IMG/VR virus record: IMGVR_UViG_3300031565_000029
Coordinates: 1-59,187 of that record
DNA length: 59,187 nucleotides
Source: a virus
Lineage: Duplodnaviria > Caudoviricetes
Direction: 5' to 3' (one strand)
Under the pieces are notes generated by a model. The model saw only the letters and a list, made by a program, of their open reading frames with translations, made no database searches and was not told the DNA's origin. A program made the translations under genes and the position numbers. Positions 45,492 to 55,680 of this stretch are shown here, one piece after another; the first letter of the stretch is position 1, and each line of letters begins with the position of its first letter.

Positions 45492-45951
45492 GAAGACGTT
45501 AGCCGAGACAAACCGTGAACGCATAGCGATGCTTGACCGCGCCGTGGAAAAGGAATACATGGATTTAGCCGAGGCGCGAAACCTATTCGACGTAGATGAT
45601 ATCTTCGACAACGCCACGAAGTCACGGAAACTGTTGCTGCCCGAACTAGGCGACGATAGTTTTCACGTCTACTGGTGTCCACTGAATTCAGTGGATCGTG
45701 TAGCCTTGTTGCGGATAGTAGACGAAAACAGTGAGGTTCAAATTGACCTACGTAATAGGCAGGCCATTTACTTGATGCTGAATAAGGCAGACCCACGCTG
45801 CACCGAGCAACTGATTCAGCGGATGCCTGCCTACTGGATAGACGTGATACTCACGAAGATCGGGGTAGAGCAGAACAGTTTTTTATCACCCCTCGTGAAA
45901 ACCGTCTTAAGTGGCTTGAAGCCAACTTCTCGGCCCAAAAGAAAGCCTTGA
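45484..45951 (+). CDS. Tail assembly chaperone (gpG-like); -1 frameshift extends to 46073
   Basis: GAGGTGA RBS + GTG; slippery T TTT TTA at 45879-45885; -1 frame open to TAG 46073 with HYGWANPDVV.KL. Confidence 0.8.
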   Translation: MSKKTLAETNRERIAMLDRAVEKEYMDLAEARNLFDVDDIFDNATKSRKLLLPELGDDSFHVYWCPLNSVDRVALLRIVDENSEVQIDLRNRQAIYLMLNKADPRCTEQLIQRMPAYWIDVILTKIGVEQNSFLSPLVKTVLSGLKPTSRPKRKP

Positions 45952-46065
45952 TAATGCTTCACTATGGGTGGGCAAACCCGGATGTCGTCGCAAAGTTATC
46001 TGATGAATTCATAGAGTTTCTTGTAGACGTGCTTGTGTGGAGTAAGAGGATAGAGGTGACGACAC

Positions 46066-46467
46066 GCGTCTAGTGCACACGTACAGATAATAGGAGATCA
46101 ACGCCTCAGAGCTAATCTCCTCAACTTCACCAACGCCGTTGATCCAGAAACAACCTCCGCATTAAACGCGGTAGCGGAGAAGATACGGGACTCGGCAAAA
46201 GAAAATGCCCCTGTAGACACTGCGGCGCTACAGAAAAGCATCTCAAAAGAAATAATAACGAAACAGGGAAAGGTGAAGACCATTCGGGTTAGGGTTGGTG
46301 GCCGAGTTCGTAACCCAAAGACAGGGAGGCTGGTCGACTACGCAAGTTATGTAGAATTCGGGACTTCCAAAATGGCGGCACAACCTTTTCTCCGCCCAGC
46401 GTATGTTGAGCACCGACAGGAAGTCATTAAGGCGATTACAAGAGGGATGATGGCGAGGTTGAAATAA
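46066..46467 (+). CDS. HK97 gp10-like tail/neck completion protein (non-canonical start)
   Basis: AKENAPVDT..L..SI, YA.YVEFGTSKM.AQPFLRPA; frame extends about 69 codons upstream of the ORF-track start. Confidence 0.85.
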   Translation, partial: ASSAHVQIIGDQRLRANLLNFTNAVDPETTSALNAVAEKIRDSAKENAPVDTAALQKSISKEIITKQGKVKTIRVRVGGRVRNPKTGRLVDYASYVEFGTSKMAAQPFLRPAYVEHRQEVIKAITRGMMARLK

Positions 46468-48590
46468 TGTCGATGGAAATAGGGAACCTCATAGTTGTTC
46501 TTCAGATGGATTCCAGTAAATTTGAGGCTGGTATGAGTAAAGTCACAGTTTACCTCAACGGTTTCCAGGGAGCGGCGAAGAAAGCGTCTGGTGATCTTGG
46601 TGTCTTGGGGGGGGCGACGAATAAAGCAACGGGATACCTCGACGGCTTCCAGGGTGCCGCGAAGATAGCGTCCGGCATCCTCATGCGCGACCTGGTCCGA
46701 GGATTAACCACCGGCGCCGTCGAAGCCCTTAAGATGGGAGCCCAAATAAAGACCCTTGAAACATCATTCAACGCACTCTCACGGGCGACAGATGAATATG
46801 TGCCCAGCCTCAGCGAACTGCGGACGGCAACAAAGGGCATGGTGTCTGACACCGACCTGTTGCTCAGGGCTAACGAAGCTCTAGCCCTCGGCATCCCAAC
46901 GGAGAACCTTGATGATCTCTTCGACTCTGCGATACGTCTCGGGAAGGCGATGGGCATCGACGCCACTCAGGGCATACAGGCACTCACAATCGGTGTAGGT
47001 CGCCAGAGCCGCCTTGTGCTGGACAACCTCGGAGTCATCGTTAGGGCGGAGAGCGCCTACGAGGAATACGCGGAACGAGTCGGGAAGACAACTGAGACAC
47101 TTACGGAGAACGAGCGACGCATAGCGTTCCAGACCGTTGCATTGGAGAAGATTTCAGAGAAAGCAGCGATACTTGGTGACAACATCAGCGACACCGATAT
47201 GAGCATGGCACAGTGGTCCGCCACTATAAAGAACACGACAACCGCCTTGGGTGAAATGCTTCAACCCCTAGGGGCATTCACTCCGGCATTACAGACGTTG
47301 GGGCCGTCTCTTGGAATCATGGGGGCACAGATACTTCCGACGTTGTCTGCGGCGACTTTGGGTTGGGCTGCTGCGGGCGCACTTGCGGTTGTAGGTGTTG
47401 TTGGACTTATCTCGGTGATGCGTGACTATCAGCAACGCACAGATGAAGTGGCACAGGCACAGAACAGATTTAAGGATTCTCTAAGCGCCGTCGACTTAGC
47501 GACGCAGGAAGTAGAAGATGCTCAACAGAACCTTAAAATCGCTCTTTCTGGTCAAGATGCGGTGTATGATGCGTTGAGTTCAGCGATAGACCGACGTGCT
47601 ATGGCGTCTGAACGTTTAGCGGATGCAGAGGGGAACCTGAAAACCGCTGAAAACGAGTTAATGATTGCACAACAGGATTTATCGGCGTTCCTCGGCTACC
47701 TCTCTGGCGACATCACGGAGTACACGGCGGTAACGGGTAGCATGGAGTACGCGACTCTTGCCGCACAGATGGGGATAACCGCACTTTCCACAGAACTACA
47801 GACTCTACAAGGCATCGCGGCTGCGACGTCCGCTGAGCTTGCTGGGCTAGAGGGTCAGATGACTGGGCTTTCAGATGAGGAGCAGGGACTTAACCTCAGA
47901 ATGTTGAAGGTTGAGGACGCGTTCCGTGATGGGCGTATAACTCAGGAAGAGTACACGGAGCGCGTGGAGACGCTTCGTGGCAAGCTCCGTAACTTGAACA
48001 TCGCTCAGGCAGAGCTAGGCATTCAGATACGGGATACAAGGCGTGAAGAGGAGGAGCAAATAGAGACGCTGTCTGAGACTCAGGGAAACCTTGATGATCT
48101 TATAGCTAAGAACGAGGAAGCGGTCACGGTGCAAGAAGAAGTCGACTCTGCCACGGAAGATGTTGCCGATGCTCGGGACGAGGAGATAGATGCAATCAAC
48201 GATGTCAAAGGTGCGCTTGAAGACCTTGAGACTGCACATGATAATGTCGTGGTGGCACAAGATGCGGCAAGAGAGTCCGCTATTCGAGAAGCGGCTGCAC
48301 TTCGAGAATTAGAGCGTGAATCTCTTGCAGTTGCGGCCGCCGAGAGGCAGCGGGCACAGGATCAGGCATTCCGGGAACAGTGGCAGACCCCCGGAATTAG
48401 TAGAGACTATATGGGTGTAGCTACTGGGGGCGGCACCAGCGTCACCAATGTTGGTCCAACGACGTCCAGCACAATAAACCTAAACGTAAACATGGCGGCC
48501 CCAACCTCCTCCCCGGAAGCCCAGCAGTACGCAAACGAATTCGTGGATGTAGCCCTTCAAGAGTTGGGTCGTCGAGGAGTTATGAGGTAA
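46467..48590 (+). CDS. Tape measure protein
   Basis: IG.L.V.L..D...F..G start, LR.AT.G.VSD..L, GRQS..VLDNLG, long helical region. Confidence 0.9.
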   Translation: MSMEIGNLIVVLQMDSSKFEAGMSKVTVYLNGFQGAAKKASGDLGVLGGATNKATGYLDGFQGAAKIASGILMRDLVRGLTTGAVEALKMGAQIKTLETSFNALSRATDEYVPSLSELRTATKGMVSDTDLLLRANEALALGIPTENLDDLFDSAIRLGKAMGIDATQGIQALTIGVGRQSRLVLDNLGVIVRAESAYEEYAERVGKTTETLTENERRIAFQTVALEKISEKAAILGDNISDTDMSMAQWSATIKNTTTALGEMLQPLGAFTPALQTLGPSLGIMGAQILPTLSAATLGWAAAGALAVVGVVGLISVMRDYQQRTDEVAQAQNRFKDSLSAVDLATQEVEDAQQNLKIALSGQDAVYDALSSAIDRRAMASERLADAEGNLKTAENELMIAQQDLSAFLGYLSGDITEYTAVTGSMEYATLAAQMGITALSTELQTLQGIAAATSAELAGLEGQMTGLSDEEQGLNLRMLKVEDAFRDGRITQEEYTERVETLRGKLRNLNIAQAELGIQIRDTRREEEEQIETLSETQGNLDDLIAKNEEAVTVQEEVDSATEDVADARDEEIDAINDVKGALEDLETAHDNVVVAQDAARESAIREAAALRELERESLAVAAAERQRAQDQAFREQWQTPGISRDYMGVATGGGTSVTNVGPTTSSTINLNVNMAAPTSSPEAQQYANEFVDVALQELGRRGVMR

Positions 48591-51074
48591 ATGAGCAGCA
48601 AGCCATACATCCTCAAAATAGAGGGCGTAGAGAAAGAGACGACGGGCGCCATTAACGTCAACTGGGACGTTAAAACGATGGCGGTGTGGGACGCCGTTCT
48701 CCGAGACCCAGAACACTTATCTGGCTTCAACCTCGTCTCCATAGAACGTGGCGGCACGGAGATACTTGGTGGACGCATAGAGAATCCGAGGGCGCAGTTC
48801 AGCGGTGTTGGCCGCGATATGCCGATAAGTGGTTATGATCACACCGTCCGGCTCCGCGACTATAAGACGCCGGTACAGGGCATAGGTATCAGCGATACCG
48901 AGACAACGCTTACACACATAATAAGCGAGACGCCGTTCATCATCTCACCACCAGACGGCACCTTCGAGTACATATCCGAGCTTCGTGATTGGGATACAAA
49001 CCTAGATTTTCTTCAATGCATATTCAGCGACACAACAATAGAGCTTGACATAACCAATCCTGACGACGTGGACTGGGAGAAATTCGAGGAAATAGCGACT
49101 GGAACATACACGCTTCCAAAGATGGGGTGCCACGCCTCATTCTTTTACAACGGAGTCACGCCAAGATTCTACGTGTTCATCCGAGACAACGCCAACAACC
49201 TAAGATATCTTCACAGCGTAGACCTCATAACTTGGACAAACGTAAACACGGGGTACCCGTGTGTAAGCGCTAAATGGGCGGCGAACTATGATGGAACCAA
49301 CGTCATACTCGCGTGGGGGGACGGAGCAAACACCGATGTGGCTACCGGTGTGATAACCGATGGAACCGGTGATATCGTGTGGACGCTGCGCGCAAACGCC
49401 ATAGTCGGCGACGAAATAACGTTTGGTATATGCTTCGACGATCAGGGAGACGCGTGGGTGGTGGGTGACGAGACTCGTGGGTGGGAATCCCTCGACAACG
49501 GGGCGACGTGGAACAACAGGTTCACAAGGCCACTGAATATGTCTCTCGTCGGAATCGCCCCCTTTGGGGTGGATGGTGACATGTATGGCTTCATGTATGA
49601 TCAGACGGCTGCTCCCTTCGACCTCATGGAGTATTACTATGATCGAAACATAGGGTCATTCGTTGTGGTAGGTAATATAGATATCAACGAAGATGTGCCT
49701 TACTTTGACTGTGTGGTCGACGCTACGTATCGGGTTCATATGGTTTATCATGATACCGATGATGCTACCACCAAATACGCGTATGGAACCACCGGCGCGT
49801 GGACGACCATGGATCTATATGTTGGGGTCGTGAACTTTGCGACGGCGTGTATTATGTCTGATGGCAGTTTCTGTGCGTACATATTACATACCTCCGCTGC
49901 GGGTCAACATGTGTGGAAGATGAAGAACGGCGTAGAGACGGTGGAGGAAAACTTCCTTACGCTAGGAACCCCAACATATTTGGATTGTGTTCAAGGTTTT
50001 AACATCAACACGTTGGCAACGGGGCACTGGTTCGTAGGAATCGACGTAGGGGACGATGTGTGGTTTGGTTTGCCGCAGCCTCTTGGTGTAAGACTTATAG
50101 CGGGTGACAATGCGGGGTATTTGATGTCAGAAGCGGTCACGGGACACGGCGGCTTCACGAATTGGGGGCTCTGCACCGCTGAAGGCACAGACATGTCAGC
50201 GACTGAGTGGGATATACTTGATAACGCTAACGTAATCGTCGGGACACCCGATCAGCAACCCAACTTCGATATCGCGGCGATAGGTGTCAACCACATCACC
50301 AATCCAACGATCAAGGTTCGTATAGACTTCGACGGAATCCCCCTCACCCCCATAGTGGGAGAGTTCAGCATCACAGACCGAATGGATGCCGTAACTCTTG
50401 ACACGGATGGAGAAAACTGTTACACCGCCGTTGAACGGCTCGCCACCCTCGCCGGGGCAGAGTTCTGGGTGGAGAAGGATAATGGAACCTACACCGTCTA
50501 TTTCTCAACACGAAGAGGAGAAGACAAGTCCGGTTGGCTGATACTGAAGACGACCACCACCAGCGATGAGCCGGATACCAAGGCAAACATCAAAGTAATA
50601 TCAAAGACGTATGACTGGAGCAGTTTTGCCAACTGCATCCTATTCATCGGAGGTACAGATTCAGGCGGAAACCGGGTGGAGGTAGAGGTTCGAGACACTG
50701 ATAGCATTAGCACAATGGGGCAGGAATACTGGATAACCATCCGTGACGCAGAGGTTACAACCCGTGCCATGGGGAGAACCCGCGCCGCATTAGAACTTGA
50801 GGACCGTAACGCGGTTGTTGAACGCATAGCGGCGAACTTCATAGATAAACACTCAGCCAACGATGTCGGGATAGGTGACAGCGTTTCCCTTATCAGTGAG
50901 TGGCTTGACGGAGACCTCAAGATAGAGGGCAGCCACCGAGTAGTCGTCCTAAACCGTTCATGGGGACCGGCGGGGGAACAGGTTGGCGCAGAGTTCACGA
51001 ACAGGATGCAGAAAGCACAATACTATAATTATCTTCGTGAAACGGATGATCATGCGAGGTGGATCACGGCGTGA
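48591..51074 (+). CDS. Tail tip/hub protein with beta-propeller-like insert
   Basis: Follows TMP; conserved-looking hub termini, WxS.D.G.TW-type motif. Confidence 0.6.
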   Translation: MSSKPYILKIEGVEKETTGAINVNWDVKTMAVWDAVLRDPEHLSGFNLVSIERGGTEILGGRIENPRAQFSGVGRDMPISGYDHTVRLRDYKTPVQGIGISDTETTLTHIISETPFIISPPDGTFEYISELRDWDTNLDFLQCIFSDTTIELDITNPDDVDWEKFEEIATGTYTLPKMGCHASFFYNGVTPRFYVFIRDNANNLRYLHSVDLITWTNVNTGYPCVSAKWAANYDGTNVILAWGDGANTDVATGVITDGTGDIVWTLRANAIVGDEITFGICFDDQGDAWVVGDETRGWESLDNGATWNNRFTRPLNMSLVGIAPFGVDGDMYGFMYDQTAAPFDLMEYYYDRNIGSFVVVGNIDINEDVPYFDCVVDATYRVHMVYHDTDDATTKYAYGTTGAWTTMDLYVGVVNFATACIMSDGSFCAYILHTSAAGQHVWKMKNGVETVEENFLTLGTPTYLDCVQGFNINTLATGHWFVGIDVGDDVWFGLPQPLGVRLIAGDNAGYLMSEAVTGHGGFTNWGLCTAEGTDMSATEWDILDNANVIVGTPDQQPNFDIAAIGVNHITNPTIKVRIDFDGIPLTPIVGEFSITDRMDAVTLDTDGENCYTAVERLATLAGAEFWVEKDNGTYTVYFSTRRGEDKSGWLILKTTTTSDEPDTKANIKVISKTYDWSSFANCILFIGGTDSGGNRVEVEVRDTDSISTMGQEYWITIRDAEVTTRAMGRTRAALELEDRNAVVERIAANFIDKHSANDVGIGDSVSLISEWLDGDLKIEGSHRVVVLNRSWGPAGEQVGAEFTNRMQKAQYYNYLRETDDHARWITA

Positions 51075-51292
51075 AACATAGATTAAGGTATATTGGGGGT
51101 CGTCCGTTTCGGCTGGTCATTAATAACGAACTGATGGTTCTACGTCGTGGCGACGTGATTGAGGTTGACCTTAAGAGCTTCAGCGGTAAACGGATGAAGT
51201 ATTTTGAGAACCTCACCAAAAAAGACGCTGAGAAAGCGATTCGTAGAAAAGAGATAACATCATTGATACGAGAGGAGAAACAGATTAAATGA
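51071..51292 (+). CDS. Small basic hypothetical protein
   Basis: GTGA overlap, GAGGTG RBS. Confidence 0.55.
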   Translation: MKHRLRYIGGRPFRLVINNELMVLRRGDVIEVDLKSFSGKRMKYFENLTKKDAEKAIRRKEITSLIREEKQIK

Positions 51293-51711
51293 CTACCATT
51301 GGAACCGTCACAGTTGACATCGTCACCGTCTACACTCGGCGCGGCTACGGCCTATCCCTCATGGTTGTTGACAACGGGTCTGCACGGTTTAACCAGCTAC
51401 GGGAGCTATGGGCGAAGTCGGATGTTGGTACGGCGGTTCACATGGTTCCGGGGGAACGGCTCTATGGGGAGGACTTGACGGCGGACAGCATTCACACGGT
51501 TTACTGTGACTTCACCGTCGGTACTCCGGGGAAGGTTCAGGACGGCTACTATCTGCTGCGCCCCCAGTTTTCGTTTGTGGAGGATGAGACGCCGGAGGGT
51601 CATAGTTATGCGGCTTCGTTTAACCTGTTTTTCTTGGGGACGACGGCGTATTATCAGGCGGCGTATGGGTTGGTAGACTTGGAAGCACTTGACAGCGATT
51701 GGTCGATATGA
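51289..51711 (+). CDS. Tail protein (distal tail-like, putative)
   Basis: Position and beta-rich composition, DGYY motif. Confidence 0.5.
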   Translation: MTTIGTVTVDIVTVYTRRGYGLSLMVVDNGSARFNQLRELWAKSDVGTAVHMVPGERLYGEDLTADSIHTVYCDFTVGTPGKVQDGYYLLRPQFSFVEDETPEGHSYAASFNLFFLGTTAYYQAAYGLVDLEALDSDWSI

Positions 51712-51720
51712 GGGATTTGT

Positions 51721-52434
51721 TTGGACAATAGAACTCTAGTTAGTAATGAACATAGAGTAATAATGAAAATGGACTACATCAACGGAGATTGTGCAAGAGT
51801 AATAGGTGAAAAGTTAAACTATCCATATTGGACGGTTTTGAAACATCTTAAAAGCATGAACGTCGACATCAGAAGCGACCACGCTAAGCAAGTTGATTTT
51901 TCTAAAAAAGAAACTTTGGCATATATAGAAGGCGTTCTTTGCGGTGATGGGTGGGCATATAATAACAAAAAAACATCTCGGTATCACATTGGCATCGATG
52001 CTATTGATAAGGACTTTGTAACAAAATTTAAAAATAGTTTAGAGGACGTTGGTTTAAAAATATGGTTTGGTCAATCTAAAGATAACTGTTGGAGGGCGTT
52101 AGGCAACTCAAAAAGATTGTATATATGGCATAATGAACTACCATACAAAAACTTTAAATCTAATGAAGAAAAGATAGCATTTTTAGAAGGCTTTTATGAA
52201 TCTGATGGGACGAGCGACATACGGAACGTAGTTTATTGTAATACAGATAAAACTCTTTTAGACACAACGCGAAGATATTTAGATGATTTGAATATAGAAA
52301 CCACTTTAACTGGACCATATAAAAACAATTATGACTCCTTATATTATTTTCTTAGAATAAGTAGTGCCAGCTTAGGTAGGTTTATGAGACTAATTAAACC
52401 AGTTAATAAATTCAATAAAGGTGGGATGAAATGA
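51721..52434 (+). CDS. Free-standing LAGLIDADG homing endonuclease with N-terminal HTH
   Basis: LAYIEGVLCGDG and IAFLEGFYESDG; AT-rich relative to flanks. Confidence 0.88.
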   Translation: MDNRTLVSNEHRVIMKMDYINGDCARVIGEKLNYPYWTVLKHLKSMNVDIRSDHAKQVDFSKKETLAYIEGVLCGDGWAYNNKKTSRYHIGIDAIDKDFVTKFKNSLEDVGLKIWFGQSKDNCWRALGNSKRLYIWHNELPYKNFKSNEEKIAFLEGFYESDGTSDIRNVVYCNTDKTLLDTTRRYLDDLNIETTLTGPYKNNYDSLYYFLRISSASLGRFMRLIKPVNKFNKGGMK

Positions 52435-52521
52435 TAATAATGAGAAGTGTGGGATATCAGACGAGTACGGCTCAGGCGAAGCTTGACAGCCTTATTGGTG
52501 TTGACTTAGAGGAGTAATTAG

Positions 52522-54837
52522 ATGCCTTATCATTTGCATGCTTTACCGGTTACGGCGACCAGTTTATCAATCAGACATAAAGGAGAAACATACCCCCTTC
52601 TTTTAGATACCGATACCTTCGATAGAACAGGAGAAGATGGGGACATCCCAATAATTCCCCTCAATGGAGGATGTGAGTTTGTCGGGGAAGTTTTACCTGC
52701 CGAATTTCATAAATGTTGGGATGATAAGATTAATACTTTCACGGCTACGATTGACAGTGGCATTCTCCGGTTGACGGGGTTCGCTAAGAACGCCGGTATA
52801 GTGGGTCGGGGCTGGATAAACAGCCACCATCCACTTCCTATGCTTGACGACCTAGAAGTCACTGTGTCGATGGAGGTTCCGGTTGACGACAGCGGGGTGA
52901 CTGCTGCCCGCGACATATTCTATGAGTTCTACATTAAACAGGATAAAGATGAGATTGACCCATTCGGGGATAATAACTATCTAGTAGTCTACTATGATAT
53001 CGATGAAGAGGGGTTAAAACTCTATATTAAGAAGAGAGTTAACGGAGCCGCAGTTGAGACACTTGCATCAGGTAAAGACTATAATATGGCTAGTGACAGA
53101 GGCGTCGGAGACCTTGAAGCCACGATATGGCGGTTCGTGTTCAACGGCAAACCGGGGACAGTCGGCGCGACCCTCGGCGTCTATCTGAAGCAAAGCAACA
53201 ACCTCGCCAATGCGGAGAGTGCTACGGAACACGAGGTAGTGGACGCGGTGACGGGAGAGCCGTTCGACATCAGCGACTTAGCGTTCAACGTGGGGTATCC
53301 CTGTTACGCGATATACACCCAGAACGCCACCTACTTCGGCACCGCCTACGACTCCGCGAACCGAGCCGCATCAGGATACCTCAGAGTAACCTATCCATCC
53401 CAGTTTAACGTAAACTATAATTACACGGAGGCAAACTACGGGGAAACAGACGTACAACTGTGGGACGGCGACCCGGATGCGGGAGGAATTCGTGTTTATG
53501 ATGAGGACCATATGTTCAGCGGGAAACGATGGATTAGAAACGGGTTAGCCCAGATAACATTAGAAGAAGCCGCCACTGGAATGGATTTCTATGTCTGGGA
53601 TGGCACAAACTACACATACATTGGCTTGTTCAAACACTATGATGCAAACCTTTTATTAAACGATGATTCTCCATCCAACATAGTAATTAAGACAGTAACT
53701 CCTGAAAGAGTCATAGTTGACTTTGACTTAAATACCAGTACTCAAAGAATGACTATGACTCGGGGTAATCCCATGACCAAGTTTGTTTTTAGATATACTT
53801 CAGCGGCTAATAACTGGATTAGAATACAATCAATCATCCCAGATTATGGTTTTACTCAGGATAACGACGTTATGGATCGGTCTCTAGCCATAACCGTGAA
53901 CACAAATGATGTTTACGACAACTTTGCTCTAGCGTGGGATAATGTTAGTGATTGGGTTCTTGTGTTTTGCAGTAAAGAAAAGGCACAGACGAAGATTGAC
54001 TTAGCTGAATATGGTTGGGGTAACATTGATTTTAAAGAGTTTACAGCGTGGTTCGGCTCTATCCCCTTCGCATATATCGTTAACCTGTTCGAGGAAGCCG
54101 AAGACGCCACCCTCGGAGCCGGAACCGCACGGCTGTTCACTGACCCCACCGGAGCATCAACCTTCGTCCGAGCCCAGAGTTCCGCCGCCGGAGACATCAC
54201 ACAGACACTCACCATAATCGGAGACACCGCCACCGGTAGACAGACGGACACAATAGCCCTCAACGGCGCGGCATGGGTAAACGGTTCCATAGACTTCACC
54301 AGAGTCTACGTGCTCCACCTCTCAGCGGTAACGGCAGGCAATATCACGGTACAGGGCAGCGACGCCGGGGCAGTCCATATAATACCCATCGGAACAACAC
54401 ATGTGGACAACTGCGTAATACTGAACGCCCAGACCGAGTACGTGAGACATGACTTCATCGCAGGCACAGACTTACCCGCCGGAAGATACCTAGCCGCACT
54501 CAGAATAAGCGACCTAAACCAAGTGGCAGATGACGTGGAACTAAAGGTCACCAACTTCACCGACAACGAGCAGCGCGGAGAACAAGGCAAACCAATCTAT
54601 GTAACGGCAGCCGCCACATACGGCTACTTCTGCGAGTTCTTCGACATAACAGACACAGATGTGAGCACCCTAGACTCTATGCGTATAACCGTGACGAAAG
54701 ACTTGGCGACCGGCAACGAGATATACGTCGACTACTTCCTCATAATTCCCATCGGCGACGGAATGAATTGGAGCCAAGACCTCGCCCACGGAGCAATCAG
54801 AGGCATAACGCAGCACCCACGGCTAAGTGAACGGTAG
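52522..54837 (+). CDS. Large tail/virion protein
   Basis: 771 aa beta-rich; C-terminal FEEAE...IYVDYFLI carbohydrate-binding-like module. Confidence 0.6.
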   Translation: MPYHLHALPVTATSLSIRHKGETYPLLLDTDTFDRTGEDGDIPIIPLNGGCEFVGEVLPAEFHKCWDDKINTFTATIDSGILRLTGFAKNAGIVGRGWINSHHPLPMLDDLEVTVSMEVPVDDSGVTAARDIFYEFYIKQDKDEIDPFGDNNYLVVYYDIDEEGLKLYIKKRVNGAAVETLASGKDYNMASDRGVGDLEATIWRFVFNGKPGTVGATLGVYLKQSNNLANAESATEHEVVDAVTGEPFDISDLAFNVGYPCYAIYTQNATYFGTAYDSANRAASGYLRVTYPSQFNVNYNYTEANYGETDVQLWDGDPDAGGIRVYDEDHMFSGKRWIRNGLAQITLEEAATGMDFYVWDGTNYTYIGLFKHYDANLLLNDDSPSNIVIKTVTPERVIVDFDLNTSTQRMTMTRGNPMTKFVFRYTSAANNWIRIQSIIPDYGFTQDNDVMDRSLAITVNTNDVYDNFALAWDNVSDWVLVFCSKEKAQTKIDLAEYGWGNIDFKEFTAWFGSIPFAYIVNLFEEAEDATLGAGTARLFTDPTGASTFVRAQSSAAGDITQTLTIIGDTATGRQTDTIALNGAAWVNGSIDFTRVYVLHLSAVTAGNITVQGSDAGAVHIIPIGTTHVDNCVILNAQTEYVRHDFIAGTDLPAGRYLAALRISDLNQVADDVELKVTNFTDNEQRGEQGKPIYVTAAATYGYFCEFFDITDTDVSTLDSMRITVTKDLATGNEIYVDYFLIIPIGDGMNWSQDLAHGAIRGITQHPRLSER

Positions 54838-55680
54838 ATGAGCACCCCAGATGACCCCATAGAAGGACTCGTCGGCGCATTCAGCGTCGGCGGAACCTTC
54901 ATAGGGCACCTTCTAGGAGTAACCATCCGAGGCAGACGCTTAACCCAGCAGATACGTAACATCGGGAACATAGAAGCAAATAAGATACTTGTAGGAAAAG
55001 TAGATTTCGACGGCGACTCCCGGAAAGCCTTCATATGCGGCGACTTCCTGACATTGTTCAGGGAGAACGTAGCCCACGGAAACGATTTCAGCGGAACCTT
55101 CTACCCCAGAGGACTTCTCGGCTGCGGAACCATATGGGGAAACCTAGTCTTCAAACGATGGAGACTGGAGAACTGGGACGCCGAAAGCGAAGCCGCAAAG
55201 ATAGAGGAAATAGAGTTCGACTTATACAACGTAACAATGGTGAGCGCATTGACAAAAGAATTATGGTTCGGAGTAACAGAACCCGACGGAATCATAGGCA
55301 AACACCCAGCCATCATCCTCACGGATGGGATTGATGTGACGGTCTACGCCCAGATATACATACCGTTCGACTTCACGGCATTAACGTCAGCATACGTGAT
55401 AATTGTGGCGGGGGGGACTGGCAACCTTCGGCGAAGCGTCAGCAGCAACTTCGGCGTACTATGTGGCGCGGAGAACTATAACGCCCACATGGAAGGCATC
55501 GCCGTCGGTCAGGTCGCCGTCACAGCGAGCCGCCTAACCTGTATAGACATAAGCGCCGCGTTGATAGGGCTCGGGGCAAGCGACTTGGTGGGATTAACGT
55601 TCCTCCGGGAAGCAAGCAACGTTAACGACACGGTTAACGAGGATTGTTATTACCTTGGAATCAGAGTGAGGTACACCTAA
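54838..55680 (+). CDS. Tail tube paralog fused to decoration domain
   Basis: N-half matches 27180..27593 (GHLLGV, KAFICGDFLTLF, EAAKIEEI.FD); C-half matches 55681..56283. Confidence 0.75.
   Translation: MSTPDDPIEGLVGAFSVGGTFIGHLLGVTIRGRRLTQQIRNIGNIEANKILVGKVDFDGDSRKAFICGDFLTLFRENVAHGNDFSGTFYPRGLLGCGTIWGNLVFKRWRLENWDAESEAAKIEEIEFDLYNVTMVSALTKELWFGVTEPDGIIGKHPAIILTDGIDVTVYAQIYIPFDFTALTSAYVIIVAGGTGNLRRSVSSNFGVLCGAENYNAHMEGIAVGQVAVTASRLTCIDISAALIGLGASDLVGLTFLREASNVNDTVNEDCYYLGIRVRYT

Noticed and set aside
51721-52434. Intein or group I intron
   Set aside because: No N-terminal Cys/Ser or C-terminal His-Asn splicing motifs; flanking genes have their own stop and start
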